A DNA stretch of 64,000 nt from a virus: the IMG/VR virus record IMGVR_UViG_3300030343_000012. One strand, written 5' to 3'. Below are positions 1 through 10,152 of the stretch, one piece after another. Numbering within the stretch: the stretch's first letter is position 1; every line of letters starts with the position of its first letter. The notes under the pieces were generated by a model that worked only from the letters and a program-made list of their open reading frames with translations, searched no databases and was not told where the DNA came from. The position numbers and the translations under genes were made by a program.

Positions 1-142
1 TTAATTCATTTGCATAATCCAATTCTAATGTAGGATCTTCTTCACTCTCAATCACCTCTTTTATTGAAGCATCACAAGCAACAGGATACTTAGCAATAAC
101 TAGCCACCAATTTCCATTAAGAAATTCTTCTTTAGATATCAT
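1..142 (-). CDS. small hypothetical protein (~47 aa; MISKEEFLNGNWW...)
   Basis: Minus-strand ATG at 140-142 overlaps the sigma-factor stop (TAATG) and the stop codon sits at 1-3. Below the ORF-track size cutoff. Confidence 0.3.
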   Translation of the reverse strand, partial: MISKEEFLNGNWWLVIAKYPVACDASIKEVIESEEDPTLELDYANEL

Positions 143-987
143 TATATTAATTTAGATAATTGTAAATTGCATCTCTTTCTTATTCTATCTAAAGCCTTTT
201 CCTTTATCTGTCTAACTCTTTCAACACCGATACCAAACATGTCTCCTACTTCTTGTTTAGACATAGGATTCATTCCTATACCAAATAGCATAATGATAAT
301 ATCATGTTCTCTAACAGGAAGTACATCTAGACATTTACATATTTCTTTATTAATGAAACTCTTATTAACTTGTTCATCAAGAGGTAGTTCTCCATCCGGA
401 ATCACATCACACACTTGACTATTTTCTTCATCCCCGCCAATAAAATCATCAACACTGACTAATCTGTTAGAAAATTGTGCTAAATAATCTATTTGCTTTT
501 CAGGAATATTAGTTAAAGTGTGTAATTCATTTGTGGTTGGATTTCTACCATTCTTTTTGATAAACTCATTAGTAGCTCTTAATATTTGAATTACTTTTAA
601 GTGTTGAGTTACCGGTAATCTAATCTCACGACCATACCAATATATGGTAGTATAAATACATTGTTTTATCCACCAAGCAGAATAATTAAGAAATTTAACA
701 CCTCTAGTTGGGTCAAACTTATTTACAGATTTACATAAGCCTTCCAATCCTGAAGATATTAAATCCATAAGAGGAATACCTCTATTTTGAAACTGCTTAG
801 CTATAGTTACTACAAATCTTAAATTAGAAGTAATTACTTTTTCTCTTGCCTTTTCATCTCCATTTTGAGCTTTAATGATTAATTCATTTATTTCTTCATT
901 ATCTAATATTTTATATTTAGATATATCTCGAAAATAACTCTGAAGTAGAGAGTCAGACTTGTCAGAAAAAATAACTCTTTTATTCAT
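142..987 (-). CDS. sigma-70 family RNA polymerase sigma factor
   Basis: Region 2-like DLISSGLEGLCKSVNKFDPTRGVKFLNYSAWWIKQ and region 4 HTH-like SKQEVGDMFGIGVERVRQIKEKALDRI are present, with a sigma-70-like domain order. Confidence 0.85.
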   Translation of the reverse strand: MNKRVIFSDKSDSLLQSYFRDISKYKILDNEEINELIIKAQNGDEKAREKVITSNLRFVVTIAKQFQNRGIPLMDLISSGLEGLCKSVNKFDPTRGVKFLNYSAWWIKQCIYTTIYWYGREIRLPVTQHLKVIQILRATNEFIKKNGRNPTTNELHTLTNIPEKQIDYLAQFSNRLVSVDDFIGGDEENSQVCDVIPDGELPLDEQVNKSFINKEICKCLDVLPVREHDIIIMLFGIGMNPMSKQEVGDMFGIGVERVRQIKEKALDRIRKRCNLQLSKLI

Positions 988-1243
988 TAATTGTAGACTT
1001 AGCTAGTTTCTTAGCTTCATCTAATTGCTTTTCTTCTTGGGTTGGTCTGTTAAGACCTATACGTATACTAAGAATAGTAAGATAAGCTTCCATTGCTCTG
1101 AGTTGAACTATTAACAAATCTTTATTAAGATCATCTATGGAAGTCTTATCTACTTTATGAATTAAGAAATCTCTAAGTTCTGTAGTTTTAATTTCTAATT
1201 CCTTATAATCAGTAATAAGTTGATTGAATACTTCTTCTTTCAT
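980..1243 (-). CDS. hypothetical coiled-coil protein
   Basis: ORF in the co-directional array; no recognisable motif. Confidence 0.5.
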   Translation of the reverse strand: MKEEVFNQLITDYKELEIKTTELRDFLIHKVDKTSIDDLNKDLLIVQLRAMEAYLTILSIRIGLNRPTQEEKQLDEAKKLAKSTINE

Positions 1244-1309
1244 TACTAGTATTTTTAATTAAAGTAGAATCTAGAACAGTAAATATCTAATATATTATCT
1301 TCTTCTTTA

Positions 1310-1999
1310 TTAATCGATTTCCAAATATGTAGGTTCATAACTAATATGATAATCATTATCAAGAATAGAAACATTATATATTTCTGTATTATCCAATTTT
1401 AGATATTTATCTTTACAAGTATGTAGATGCCCACAAAATACATATCTAGGTTTAATTCTCTGAATAGCTTCAGCTAAACTTTGACCTCCTGCATGGATAG
1501 ATTCTTGACTCCATCGACTCGGAGGTAATAAATCCAAATCTCCTAAAGCAGGAGTATCGTGGGTCAACCATATATCTATATCATCTGGAACCTGAGTATA
1601 TAAGCCTCCTAAATATAATTCACTATACATAAATGCCCAATGCCCAAATAGGTGACACTGTGGAGATCCATATACTTTATAATTTTTACCATCAGGAGCC
1701 ATATAGGTAGCACAATCATTAAGTAAATAAGTAAACTTAAAATCAGAAAGATACTCCAAAGCTTTCATTACTGGATATTCTGAAGCACATATAAAATCAT
1801 GATTACCTGCTATCATATACACCTCTTCACAAGGTAATTCCTTAATCCAGGGTAAAAAATCTTGAAAGAACCATACAATAGATTCTACTCTATTTTTCTG
1901 TATATTCAAGGGTACAACATCTCCTGCAATTAAACACAAATCACACTTTTGTATATGGATAAGATTACCATGTAAATCAGACATTGAGCATATTTTCAT
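1310..1999 (-). CDS. calcineurin-like metallophosphoesterase
   Basis: Phosphoesterase motifs DLHGN, IAGDVVP, GNHD and GHLH are present. Confidence 0.75.
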   Translation of the reverse strand: MKICSMSDLHGNLIHIQKCDLCLIAGDVVPLNIQKNRVESIVWFFQDFLPWIKELPCEEVYMIAGNHDFICASEYPVMKALEYLSDFKFTYLLNDCATYMAPDGKNYKVYGSPQCHLFGHWAFMYSELYLGGLYTQVPDDIDIWLTHDTPALGDLDLLPPSRWSQESIHAGGQSLAEAIQRIKPRYVFCGHLHTCKDKYLKLDNTEIYNVSILDNDYHISYEPTYLEID

Positions 2000-2498
2000 A
2001 TTCTATTAAATATTCAAAGAATCCATCATAAGATAAGTTATCTTTTATTGTGATAACTTCCTTTCTATTATCTACAGATTTACACCATTGATGTCCATTA
2101 ACTACTTGATATAGAGATTTATTATTATATACTATATCTAGCATAGCTTCCCAAGTAGCTATATTTCCAATATAAGAATAATCATCTCCTATAATTGCAT
2201 AGTTAAACATAAATATTAATTGCCACTTCCTAAATAAAGTGATAGCAATATAAGGATTCCATTCATGCTCAATTCTCTCATACTTCCATTTCCAACCAAC
2301 AGCGCTAAATCTAATATCTAATATTCTATTATAATATCTATCTGTTATAGGTAATCCAAAGAACCATATTTTCTTACCACAATGAATATAACAATTGGGT
2401 CTTTGAAACCAATTTCTACACTTCCACCAAACATAGAATGGGTTTCTGTATTCATTCCAATGCTTGATGAAAGTATGTACTTTATTAATTAAGTTCAT
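1977..2498 (-). CDS. hypothetical protein (Trp-rich)
   Basis: ORF in the array; no recognisable motif. Confidence 0.5.
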   Translation of the reverse strand: MNLINKVHTFIKHWNEYRNPFYVWWKCRNWFQRPNCYIHCGKKIWFFGLPITDRYYNRILDIRFSAVGWKWKYERIEHEWNPYIAITLFRKWQLIFMFNYAIIGDDYSYIGNIATWEAMLDIVYNNKSLYQVVNGHQWCKSVDNRKEVITIKDNLSYDGFFEYLIEYENMLNV

Positions 2499-3858
2499 CT
2501 TCTTTATCCATCTCTGGGTCAGATTGAGCTTTATCTACAAATTTAAAACATTTTAATTTCCAAGCGTGACCAATCATATCCTCCTTTTTAATAACTATAC
2601 CCTCATGAGGTACCTTATTAATACAAGAAGGCGATTTACATTCCATATAGAAACGCTTATCATTAGATAGTTTATCCAAAAACTTTTTTGCCCAGTCTCT
2701 ATCCTTACTATCTAATTCAGGATATAAATCCTTAGCATACCCATAATAATATTCAGTTACAGGAATTAGCCCTACTGATTTACAATACTGTTGTACTTCT
2801 CTTGCACTAAATTCATGTACTTCACCATCTATATTAGTTAGTGTGATTCTATAAGGTCTTACTTTAAAATGTTTTTCTGGCTTATATATCAAATTGTCTA
2901 CAACAGCATCAGGCTTCTCACAACCATAATCATATCCCTTTTGAATATATGTGCCAGTTGGATTGTATCCTACAATCTCTGCATAAATAGTCATACCCTT
3001 TTGAATATATGGACGTAGATAATCATCAGCATACTTCCAAGTATCACAACCATAAAATCCTGGTGTTACATTAGGATTATAATACTGATTTTTAATCACA
3101 TTCTTTGAAGCATATAGATGGTCATAAATATCAAAGTTATTACCCGTAAGCCATTTAGCTAATTTTTCTTTCCAAGTAAGTTCCTTATGACACATTACAT
3201 ATGCTGAAATATGAGACATTCCATGTATTTTCTCAGTAATACTAATTAAATCTTCAGGTTGAATTACATTAGGACATTTCTTGATAATAACTGTGTCATA
3301 ATGAAATCTGAATTGAGAAGGGATGACTTTATCGAGTTCCTTCTTAACTTTACGTGTCTTTTTTGAGCCTCCTCCAGAAGTTCCCTGTGATCCTTTAACG
3401 ATGAATTTCTTATTAACCCAAAATGTCTTGCCTTCATGTTCTACTGTATCAAATTCAGTTCCATCAATTAATTCAATATCTCTATTAGTTATAGATATAA
3501 GCCAGTTAGTAAATTCTACAGCAGGTACAATAAATCCTTCTGATAGTTCACCTTTTAACTTAACTGCTTTAACCTTACCATTATCTTCAAATAGACCAGT
3601 TTTATGTGGATTGTTGTTTTTCTCAGACTTTCTAAATAAATTATCATAAGATAAAAAATCAGGATTAATACAACAAGCTGTTGGGAAATATATATAAAGC
3701 CCAGGTTCAGCATCTATTGAAGTAATAATATTAAATCCATCAATAGTACAACACTTGAGTTTAGTCACTTCTGGATTTGAATGTTTTCTAAAAACCTTAA
3801 TATCAACTACTTTAGCTAGATAATTAATGTTACAATTTTTGCTCTTGATTAGCTTCAT
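2485..3858 (-). CDS. RNA ligase, Rnl2-like nucleotidyltransferase
   Basis: Motif I KIHGMS resembles KIHGTN of T4 Rnl2. Downstream, EIVGY, HEGIVIKKED (motif IV-like) and KLKCFKF (motif V-like) follow in the order expected for a covalent nucleotidyltransferase. Confidence 0.55.
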   Translation of the reverse strand: MKLIKSKNCNINYLAKVVDIKVFRKHSNPEVTKLKCCTIDGFNIITSIDAEPGLYIYFPTACCINPDFLSYDNLFRKSEKNNNPHKTGLFEDNGKVKAVKLKGELSEGFIVPAVEFTNWLISITNRDIELIDGTEFDTVEHEGKTFWVNKKFIVKGSQGTSGGGSKKTRKVKKELDKVIPSQFRFHYDTVIIKKCPNVIQPEDLISITEKIHGMSHISAYVMCHKELTWKEKLAKWLTGNNFDIYDHLYASKNVIKNQYYNPNVTPGFYGCDTWKYADDYLRPYIQKGMTIYAEIVGYNPTGTYIQKGYDYGCEKPDAVVDNLIYKPEKHFKVRPYRITLTNIDGEVHEFSAREVQQYCKSVGLIPVTEYYYGYAKDLYPELDSKDRDWAKKFLDKLSNDKRFYMECKSPSCINKVPHEGIVIKKEDMIGHAWKLKCFKFVDKAQSDPEMDKEDELN

Positions 3859-4165
3859 TATTAATTAATTCTTGAGAGAACTTAACATTATCTAATGAAA
3901 TAATCTCAGATACCCAAGGACACTTATCTAAGATTGCCAATCTAATTGCCTCTTTAACCTTAGTCACCATCTGTGCTTCAGTTAAATTAGCATATTTACT
4001 TTTATCTACTTTGATACACCAAGGTAGGGCTGATTCAAACCCTCCTTGATGTATTTTTATAGTAGCATCGAAATTAATAGCATATTCCCTTAGTTTAGAA
4101 ACATACTTAACTTTTGGTTTCCTTTCGATAACTACTGGTGGAACAACTGCTTTCTTTTTAGGCAT
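3830..4165 (-). CDS. hypothetical protein
   Basis: ORF in the array. Confidence 0.5.
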   Translation of the reverse strand: MPKKKAVVPPVVIERKPKVKYVSKLREYAINFDATIKIHQGGFESALPWCIKVDKSKYANLTEAQMVTKVKEAIRLAILDKCPWVSEIISLDNVKFSQELINNEANQEQKL

Positions 4166-4482
4166 TATGCAAATTCATCATCCGAAGCAACAGATTTGAA
4201 ATATTCACACAGAAAGTTGGCATATACTTGTGATTGTGCTTCACTATAGCTATTATCGAAATAGAATTGAAAACAATGGAGAAGTTCATGCCAAAATGTA
4301 TTGGTTATTTGATCTTCTGTCAACTTCACCACAGTTTTATCCTCTAATTCTATAGTCTTAGCTATAGTTATAGTATTGGTAGCATCGCACCAATTTCCAT
4401 AATTATTATTATCTGTTTTTTCTACTAATTCTACTTTAATAGTATTTCCAGCACACTTAAACTCACTTGGCAATTGCATCAA
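4165..4482 (-). CDS. hypothetical protein with HEXXH motif (possible small metallopeptidase)
   Basis: WHELLHCFQF contains HExxH. Confidence 0.45.
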   Translation of the reverse strand: MMQLPSEFKCAGNTIKVELVEKTDNNNYGNWCDATNTITIAKTIELEDKTVVKLTEDQITNTFWHELLHCFQFYFDNSYSEAQSQVYANFLCEYFKSVASDDEFA

Positions 4483-4861
4483 TAATTTTCATTACTTGTT
4501 CAGGAGTCATCTTATATATGTCTTCAGAATCTTTTAAATTTGCTCTGTCTTCTAAATAGTTAAGCAAATCATCCATTACATCTAAGGTGCCTATTGGCAA
4601 ATGATTCTTAATAACAGAATATTCTATATCAGAAAGTTCTACTGGTTCAAATTGTAATAAATCTAAACCATATTCTTGACCTTGGTACACCTCATATTCC
4701 CAGGCTTCATTAGAACCAAACCCCTTTGTAGTAAATGCACTACCTAATTTAAGTTTAGCATACATATAGATGCGATACATATCTTCATCTAATAGTTCAT
4801 AGAAAGGCATATCAAATTCATCACACCAATCTACACTATAGTTAATTAAATAATGTTTCAT
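4463..4861 (-). CDS. hypothetical protein
   Basis: ORF in the array. Confidence 0.5.
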   Translation of the reverse strand: MKHYLINYSVDWCDEFDMPFYELLDEDMYRIYMYAKLKLGSAFTTKGFGSNEAWEYEVYQGQEYGLDLLQFEPVELSDIEYSVIKNHLPIGTLDVMDDLLNYLEDRANLKDSEDIYKMTPEQVMKIIDAIAK

Positions 4862-5484
4862 GCTCCAGTTTGTGCTGTATAAAAGTTAATATTTCCAGTC
4901 CCTACTATATGGGCTTCTTCATCTACTTTATCTATATAATACTCTACTTCACCTTCAAAATCCTCAATTATAGTAGCACACCAAGGATGCTCTTCTATCC
5001 AAGATTTCCAATCAGGATTATATGCAAGTATCTCATCAAGTAAAAACACTCCTACAAGACCAGCATCTGCACAGAATCCTCCTATATAGGTATCCCCATC
5101 AAAGGTGTCTAACTCCTCACGTTTGTCATCTTTTAAAATTCGTAGAATACTTTCTAGAAGTTCTTTTGGTTCCTCCTCTGTTTGATAGGTAGTGCAACTC
5201 CAATCTCCATAAATAGTAGATTCAGAAATATAATTATGGATACCTAATACTTCCATATTCTCTCCATAATCACATTTACCCCAATCGTCATATTTACGAG
5301 ACTCACTGAAGTAATAATCTAAAGCAGCTTTATAAGCCAATTCTTCTGGAGTAGAATAATCCTTAAATGGTTTACTAATTATAGATGCTGGAAGTCCAAA
5401 ATCCTTTTCATTAGGACACTTAATAGGATTCTCCTTAATTATATAACATGGATCTGTAATTACAATAGTTCCTTTAAAATACAT
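4858..5484 (-). CDS. hypothetical protein
   Basis: ORF in the array. Confidence 0.5.
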   Translation of the reverse strand: MYFKGTIVITDPCYIIKENPIKCPNEKDFGLPASIISKPFKDYSTPEELAYKAALDYYFSESRKYDDWGKCDYGENMEVLGIHNYISESTIYGDWSCTTYQTEEEPKELLESILRILKDDKREELDTFDGDTYIGGFCADAGLVGVFLLDEILAYNPDWKSWIEEHPWCATIIEDFEGEVEYYIDKVDEEAHIVGTGNINFYTAQTGA

Positions 5485-5487
5485 TAG

Positions 5488-5622
5488 TCTGCAAAATTTA
5501 GAGTTGCTCCTACTTGAGCATTATTTAATGTATCTAAATCATATTTATCAAATCTACCTATAACTTTATTTTTATAAATTACCTCGTAGTGTCCTTTACC
5601 TATCAGTTTTATTTTCATATAT
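5488..5622 (-). CDS. small hypothetical protein (~44 aa, MKIKLIGKGHYEV...)
   Basis: Fills a 157-bp gap; minus-strand ATG at 5620-5622. Confidence 0.3.
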
Positions 5623-5641
5623 GTAAAATTACTAGTAAAAT

Positions 5642-6862
5642 TTACTCTAAATCAAAACGGAAGATTCTTAACTTAGGTTGAGTAGGAATGCCATCATCTG
5701 AATAGTTAAAGAAAGTACATTCAGCTTTGTGCCCTTTGTACTTAGTTTCAAAGTTTTCAACATATTCAGCCTTAATTTCCCTATTACCTACTGGCATAGC
5801 TTCAAAAGTACGTCCATCTTCTAATTCACAAGTAAATGTCATATCCTCAGAACCTCTAAGTCCTAATTTATACCCAATTACTTTAAAATCTTCAGACTTA
5901 TATTGTTTAATCTTTATAAGATTATTACAACGAGAACCTACTTTATAAGACTTAGAAGGGTCTGTAATTACAGCTCCTTCAAATCCTGTGGAAACCCATT
6001 CATCGTGAAGTTTTTTCATATTATCCCAACCAGATACATATTCATGTCCCAAGAGTCTAATTGGTGCTTCTGATTCATCCTCACTACTTCTATAAATAGG
6101 GAAGTTATGAGCTTCTGCAAATTTATCTTCCAAGAACTTATAACGTTCTGAGGCTATCATGTCAATATCTGTAGAGTTATAACAATCGTATACCCAATAC
6201 TGCAACCAATCACAGTCATAAGCGTTCTTCTCCATTCTAGCAGCTCCCGAAAGTTGCTGAAGAGTCTTGCCTCTTACGAAGAGCTCACCATCAAGAATAA
6301 CAGTAGGATTCTCTTTGAAGAAGGCTACTAGAGAAGGGTTAGTACGTAAATGAACTGTACTATAGTCGTAATGCTCGCCTCCTCGACTGGCTGTATAGAT
6401 CACTTTACCATCCCAGTAGAATAATGCCTTTACACCATCAAGTTTTCTACTAATTAACCATTCTTTATTAAATATCTTAGGATTTGTAACCTTATCAGCT
6501 TGTTTAGCTAATTGGGGTTTAATCACACCATACTGATTGGTCTTAACATCTCCAAATATACTAAGGAGTTCATCATCAGTATATTCGTTAGGATGTTTGT
6601 CAATTTCCTTATAGCCCTTATCTAAATATTTCTTAACTTCAGAGTTAAATTGTAAAGTATATTGCTCCTGCCAATTTCTCTTCTGTTTAGTTCTATCTAC
6701 AATAATTTGAGGTGAGAGGGTTGTTTTTCCTCTCACCTGACCATAACTACGTTGAATTATATAACCGGCTGGTTCACAATCTGAATGCCATTCTTCATCA
6801 CATTCTACAACTGCAAAACGAAATTTACCAGTACTAGCGCGTCCTAAAAGATATTTAATCAT
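5642..6862 (-). CDS. ATP-dependent DNA ligase
   Basis: Motif I KLDGVKA (KxDG) is followed by ILDGELFV (motif III-like), EGAVITDP (IV-like) and LIKIKQYK (V-like), in T7-type ligase order. Confidence 0.75.
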   Translation of the reverse strand: MIKYLLGRASTGKFRFAVVECDEEWHSDCEPAGYIIQRSYGQVRGKTTLSPQIIVDRTKQKRNWQEQYTLQFNSEVKKYLDKGYKEIDKHPNEYTDDELLSIFGDVKTNQYGVIKPQLAKQADKVTNPKIFNKEWLISRKLDGVKALFYWDGKVIYTASRGGEHYDYSTVHLRTNPSLVAFFKENPTVILDGELFVRGKTLQQLSGAARMEKNAYDCDWLQYWVYDCYNSTDIDMIASERYKFLEDKFAEAHNFPIYRSSEDESEAPIRLLGHEYVSGWDNMKKLHDEWVSTGFEGAVITDPSKSYKVGSRCNNLIKIKQYKSEDFKVIGYKLGLRGSEDMTFTCELEDGRTFEAMPVGNREIKAEYVENFETKYKGHKAECTFFNYSDDGIPTQPKLRIFRFDLE

Positions 6863-6864
6863 TC

Positions 6865-7030
6865 GAGTGACTAATTATTAGTGTATATTCTGTATCTCTA
6901 TGTGATTTAGTCATAACATCTACAAAATTATCGAGTTCTTTAGGAATAACTAAAGATAAAATATATCCAGATTTATTATAATTACAATCCGGATCAAAGG
7001 ATAAGGTAGCCTTTATATCCTTTTCAATCA
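6865..7030 (-). CDS. small hypothetical protein (~55 aa)
   Basis: Minus-strand ATG at 7028-7030; its stop overlaps the ligase start (ATGATTAA). Confidence 0.3.
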
Positions 7031-7345
7031 TTACTTACGAAACTTTTCTACAATATTCCAAAGGTCATCTACGGTTTCTGTTGGAATCTCGGAACCATCT
7101 TCATTATAGGCTTTATTTACTTCATCACCCTCAAACAAAGCAGGTCTTTCATATATCCACCAGTTAATCCAATCTACTCCATCTTCATCGAATACAATAT
7201 TCCAAATTGATTCAGCAAGATCCGCTACAGTATCTCCAATAGGAAGTTCCCACAAATTAATGCCAAAATCATCCCATCTATCATATTCTTTATTTAACTT
7301 CAATGTGTCTTCAATAACCTTTGTGAATTGTTCCTTAGTAATCAT
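7031..7345 (-). CDS. hypothetical acidic protein
   Basis: ORF in the array. Confidence 0.5.
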   Translation of the reverse strand: MITKEQFTKVIEDTLKLNKEYDRWDDFGINLWELPIGDTVADLAESIWNIVFDEDGVDWINWWIYERPALFEGDEVNKAYNEDGSEIPTETVDDLWNIVEKFRK

Positions 7346-7371
7346 ATATAATCAATATTAAATATTAAATA

Positions 7372-7400
7372 CTTATCTAATTAATCTAATAAATCTAATA
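7372..7400 (-). promoter_or_regulatory. tandem ATCTAAT x3 with 9-bp period (minus strand ATTAGAT), candidate promoter/operator
   Basis: Copies at 7375, 7384 and 7393 lie 30-54 bp upstream of the 7345 start codon. The same 7-mer recurs upstream of other genes. Confidence 0.4.
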
Positions 7401-7405
7401 TAATA

Positions 7406-7906
7406 TCAATTACGAACTCCAGTGTGCCCATAACCACCTTCTCCACGTTCCGTTTTATCGAGTTCGTCAACTAATGTAAATTCAGCTTGTTCACATTTAT
7501 AAATAATACCTTGTCCAATTTTATCTCCCTGCTGTATTGTAAATGGCTCAAATCCATTATTCTGTACAATAAGACCAATGTCTCCACGATAATCAGCATC
7601 TATAACTCCGAAAGAATTAGCCATAGTTACTCCTTTCTTGAGACCAAGACCACTTCTAGTTACAACAGCTAACATATATCCTTCTGGAATAGCCATATGC
7701 AAACCCGTAGGAATTAGAGCACGACCTCCTGGATGAATTGTAATCTCAACAATCATCTTATTTATATTACGTAAAAAGGAGCAGTTCCAAGTAAGCTTTT
7801 CCTTTACTTCAGTTACATTGGCACAGAAATCAAATCCAGCAGAGCCAGATGTTGCGTATTTAGGAAGGTCATTATTAGACTCATTAATTACAGGTACTTT
7901 CAACAT
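7406..7906 (-). CDS. dut: dUTP diphosphatase (trimeric dUTPase)
   Basis: All five dUTPase motifs are present: AGFDF, VVTRSGLGLKKGV, GVIDADYRGDIGLIV, GDKIGQG and RGEGGYGHTG. Confidence 0.93.
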   Translation of the reverse strand: MLKVPVINESNNDLPKYATSGSAGFDFCANVTEVKEKLTWNCSFLRNINKMIVEITIHPGGRALIPTGLHMAIPEGYMLAVVTRSGLGLKKGVTMANSFGVIDADYRGDIGLIVQNNGFEPFTIQQGDKIGQGIIYKCEQAEFTLVDELDKTERGEGGYGHTGVRN

Positions 7907-8174
7907 TACAATAACGATTTAAAATTTCAGAAATATTATCTAAAGTACATTCATTTGATTCACTATAAAAAGGAATCTCGTGATTATTATCTTTAAATAT
8001 AACAAAAGGGACTAATCTAGCACTATAACCACCTTTTAATCGGTATGCTTTCTTTTTCTCTAAATAATGAGACTCATTATAAGTTCTTATAGTGACACTA
8101 TAAATAGCAGCTAAGTCCTCCAATTGTTTTTTAAAATCTAAAATATCATTATTATAAGCTAACTCTAAAGTCAT
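7884..8174 (-). CDS. hypothetical protein
   Basis: ORF in the array. Confidence 0.5.
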   Translation of the reverse strand: MTLELAYNNDILDFKKQLEDLAAIYSVTIRTYNESHYLEKKKAYRLKGGYSARLVPFVIFKDNNHEIPFYSESNECTLDNISEILNRYCNVESTCN

Positions 8175-8650
8175 TAATTACTTTTACGCCAAAAATAACT
8201 AGTTATATCTTTAGTTATTGGTCTTCCGCAAGTGTTATCAATTTCCAACATTACTTGATTTGTATTGGGATTATCTAGTCCTCCTCTTTCTTCTACATAA
8301 GGACCTAATTTTACATAATCAAAATACTGCAAATCAATTTCTGGAGATAAATGACTTCTACCACTATACCAACCAACTTTTAAATTATACTCTGTTTTAA
8401 TATATTGTGCAAGAGCATTAACACTTTTTGGCTCTATGTCTCCACCCATAAATCCAACACAGGTAATACCTTTATTCTTTGTAATTAACTTATGTAAAGC
8501 TAATTCTCCTAAAGGTTCTCCTATGTCCTCAGCAAGATAAGATGAATGGCAACCAGGACAATGGCAAGGACATTGACTAATATTGATGCACAGACTAATT
8601 TCGTTAGGAAACTCTGAGAAAGTAACCATTGAATTGACATATTTAATCAT
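8174..8650 (-). CDS. nrdG: anaerobic ribonucleotide reductase activating protein (radical SAM)
   Basis: Cx3Cx2C cluster in CPCHCPGC. Size (~158 aa) and co-occurrence with nrdD fit. Confidence 0.75.
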   Translation of the reverse strand: MIKYVNSMVTFSEFPNEISLCINISQCPCHCPGCHSSYLAEDIGEPLGELALHKLITKNKGITCVGFMGGDIEPKSVNALAQYIKTEYNLKVGWYSGRSHLSPEIDLQYFDYVKLGPYVEERGGLDNPNTNQVMLEIDNTCGRPITKDITSYFWRKSN

Positions 8651-8888
8651 TTAAATAATCAACACATTCATCATAAAGAGTATCTAATCCGTCATCCCAG
8701 TTAATATCTCCAAATGTTAATCCTAAAGAGCTTAAATAAGCTTCTATAAGACTATGGATATGGTCATCTATATAATTCATTAAATCCTCGTTAGAGAGTG
8801 AACCACACTGAGGATAATAGGACTTTATATAATCAATAAAATCTTCTACTTTTACCTCTTCATAAAGGTCAAGATTTATATATGCCAT
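8643..8888 (-). CDS. hypothetical acidic protein
   Basis: ORF in the array. Confidence 0.5.
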   Translation of the reverse strand: MAYINLDLYEEVKVEDFIDYIKSYYPQCGSLSNEDLMNYIDDHIHSLIEAYLSSLGLTFGDINWDDGLDTLYDECVDYLND

Positions 8889-9592
8889 TCTTCAATTTTA
8901 TTGGTTTCTGTGTTTAACACAAATGGTTTGCAGCAATCTAACATAGCATACTTATCTGTAATTAAAGGCTTGGTTCTGCCTCCCCAAGTATGCCCAAATA
9001 TTTGATAATAGTCTTTATATGGAGTTTGTATCTGAAAGTCTTCTAGACTATTCCAAACGCAAGAACCATAAATATTATATCCTCCTCTAGAGTATGGAAT
9101 TTGGTCTAAAGGACTAAGATTAGTTATATCTATATTATTTAAATCTTTTAATTCTAGATTATTACAAACTAACCAGTCCCCAGTAATGCCTGCATGGGAG
9201 AATAAGTATTTATGAGGTTCTTTAGTAGTCAAATCTTCATATATGTAATATAATTGAGGACTTAAGCCACTAATTAACTCTTTTACTTCTTTTTGTTGCC
9301 AATAATCAAATCTACATTTACCATTTCCATTGAAATAGCTTAAATCGTGATTACCTAATAAGCATATAACATCAGAAGTATGGCGTCTATTCTCTACAAA
9401 AGCAGCTAATTCTCTAAGATTAGCTAAAGATACCGCTTTATCAGGTTCTCCATCTACGTATTCTCCATAAGGGTCATGGTAATCCCCTAAGAATACTATT
9501 TTACCTGTCCAATTATTGCATGGTTCTTTCCAAAAACCACGACCATGAATATCCGGGATTACTAATATTTTAGTCACACAAATATTGTTCAA
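8876..9592 (-). CDS. calcineurin-like metallophosphoesterase
   Basis: Motifs PDIHGRG, LGDYHD, GNHD and GHTWGG. Confidence 0.75.
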   Translation of the reverse strand: MNNICVTKILVIPDIHGRGFWKEPCNNWTGKIVFLGDYHDPYGEYVDGEPDKAVSLANLRELAAFVENRRHTSDVICLLGNHDLSYFNGNGKCRFDYWQQKEVKELISGLSPQLYYIYEDLTTKEPHKYLFSHAGITGDWLVCNNLELKDLNNIDITNLSPLDQIPYSRGGYNIYGSCVWNSLEDFQIQTPYKDYYQIFGHTWGGRTKPLITDKYAMLDCCKPFVLNTETNKIEEWHI

Positions 9593-9872
9593 ACTCTGTC
9601 ATAAATTCTTTGTTATCTAATAATTCAGTAATATTATCATTACTAATCTCACCTTCGGTATCTATTTCGGAATCTAATATAGAAAGAAATTCTTCTTTAT
9701 AATTTTTTAAGTTATCTTTTAACCAGGTAATTATAAATTCAGCATAATCATATTCTTCTGGTATATCACCATAATAAGCGAGACATAAGTTGACTAAAGC
9801 TTCAAAGAGGGTATACTTTTCAAAAGTATAATCTATTTTTAAAGTCCAATGTAATTCAATTTCATCATTCAT
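9570..9872 (-). CDS. hypothetical acidic protein
   Basis: ORF in the array. Confidence 0.5.
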   Translation of the reverse strand: MNDEIELHWTLKIDYTFEKYTLFEALVNLCLAYYGDIPEEYDYAEFIITWLKDNLKNYKEEFLSILDSEIDTEGEISNDNITELLDNKEFMTEFEQYLCD

Positions 9873-10152
9873 TTTCGTACCACTCTTTAAATTTTTCTAA
9901 GAATTTATCTTCAGTAACTAACTCCGTAATATCTTCAGCATCTATATCGCCATTAGAATAATTATAAGGAGAAGCCTCCTTAATTAATTCTTCTATATAA
10001 TTTTCAATATAATCTTGTATGCCTTCAATAATCTCGTCTATACCATCATCTTCAGTTCCTATATAGGTGCGATATACGTAAAGTAAAGCTGAGTAAAGGG
10101 CATCTTCTTCAACAAACACTTGTCGAATTTCACGCCATGTTAAATCTACCAT
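9865..10152 (-). CDS. hypothetical acidic protein
   Basis: ORF in the array. Confidence 0.5.
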   Translation of the reverse strand: MVDLTWREIRQVFVEEDALYSALLYVYRTYIGTEDDGIDEIIEGIQDYIENYIEELIKEASPYNYSNGDIDAEDITELVTEDKFLEKFKEWYENE

